NCBI RefSeq assembly: GCF_030684315.1 | Contig: NC_081365.1 | Location: 35,491,394-35,555,393 of the forward strand | Reading direction: 5' to 3' | Length of the DNA stretch: 64,000 nucleotides | Source of the DNA: Stegostoma tigrinum | Taxonomy: Eukaryota | Part shown: positions 63,060-64,000 of the stretch, piece by piece | Layout of the letters: each line of letters opens with the position of its first letter | Numbering within the stretch: the first letter of the stretch is position 1 | Notes under the pieces: generated by a model | Told to the model about the DNA's origin: nothing | Database searches by the model: none | What the model saw: only the letters and a program-made list of their open reading frames with translations | Translations under genes and position numbers: made by a program

Positions 63060-63660
63060 TTTATTTCATGGCATCTGGGTGTCGCTGGCTGGGCCAGCAT
63101 TTATTGCCCATCACAGTTAAGCAGGAGAAGATGTTGGTGAGCTTTCTTGAATTGCTACAATCGATTTGATGAAGGTACACAACAAGGCTATAAGGAAGGG
63201 AATTCCAGGATTTTGAACCAGTTACACTATATTTCAAAGTCAGGATAGTGAGTTGCTTAGAGAGTAATTTGCAGTAGGTGGTGTTCTCATATTAGTGTGT
63301 GGAATGAACTACAGAGGAATTGGTTAATGCAGTGCAATTACAATGTTTAAAAAACATTTAGATAAGTACATGGAAAGGAAAGATTTGGAAGGAGATGGAC
63401 CAAACACAGGCAGGTGAGACTAGTTTGGTTTGGGAGCACAGTTGGCTTGCACTAGTTGGACAGAAGGGTCTGTTTCCATGCTGTATGACTCTATGTATCT
63501 GTTGCTCTTGTCCTTCTACATGGCAGTGGCCACATGTTTCGAAGGTGCTATCCGAGGAGCCTTGAGTTATTACAGTGCATCTTGTAGATGGTACACATTG
63601 TAGATGTTATCCATATGGTGGTGAGAATGATTGTTAGTGGATGTGGTGCCAATCAAGCAG
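63060..63660. mobile_element. CR1-like 3' fragment (-) with a nested CR1 tail fragment (+, about 63295-63495)
   Basis: Similar to 24598-24840 and to the CR1 tail at 48155-48360. Confidence 0.6.
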
Positions 63661-64000
63661 GCTAAAGGTCCATTAGTGGAGAAAACAAATAATGTTGCAA
63701 CTGCGAGCAACACCTTAAACGGTTAGCTTCACCTGTTACTCAAATGGTATGGAACATCTTACCCTTCCAGAGTAACTTTGGGTACAATGGGCACTTTTTA
63801 GAACCAAATGGCATTGGAACCATTCATGATTTTTCTCATCTATATAGTGAGCAATGACCTGATTACAGTTGTCACTATCCTGCATGATTCAGTTCCCTGA
63901 CCCAGCTCTGCCATTCAGTAAAATCATAGCTTAGCTGTTTGTTTTGAATTTTACATTCATTCTATTCCCCATAATCAACTTCTCACTGTAAAGAAAATGA

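Noticed and set aside
63750-63870. Donor AGG|gtaaga with an upstream open frame
   Set aside because: It ends in phase 0, has no tomosyn similarity and a poor acceptor.

Overview
Eukaryotic, AT-rich, repeat-dense vertebrate DNA. The HE1-type V-SINE and HER1/CR1 LINE content suggests a shark or other elasmobranch (inference). The window lies inside the 3' half of STXBP5L (tomosyn-2) on the minus strand. Six GT-AG exons splice in frame: 47617-47790, 16762-16998, 15758-16118, 14471-14636, 11651-11762 and 8177-8397. They encode the hypervariable linker, the late WD40/Lgl_C region and the R-SNARE motif. The terminal exon and the upstream exons were not found in the window. Two extra frame-preserving candidate cassette exons sit in the hypervariable region: 22607-22705/22708, with a cluster of five UGCAUG motifs, and 58453-58524, encoding an RRxS site. 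The introns hold CR1, RTE and Tx1/L1 LINE remnants, V-SINEs and decayed PIF/Harbinger genes. The most striking system is a set of Penelope-like element (PLE) families carrying minimal hammerhead ribozyme cores (CUGANGA-hairpin-GAAAC-GUH). They include a young 3 kb RT+GIY-YIG copy with a twin-priming-type inversion and a 14-bp TSD, several tail-outward inverted or palindromic mini-elements with TSDs, and about 100-bp copies that start at the ribozyme core. All calls come from reading the sequence; repeat boundaries without a TSD are approximate.
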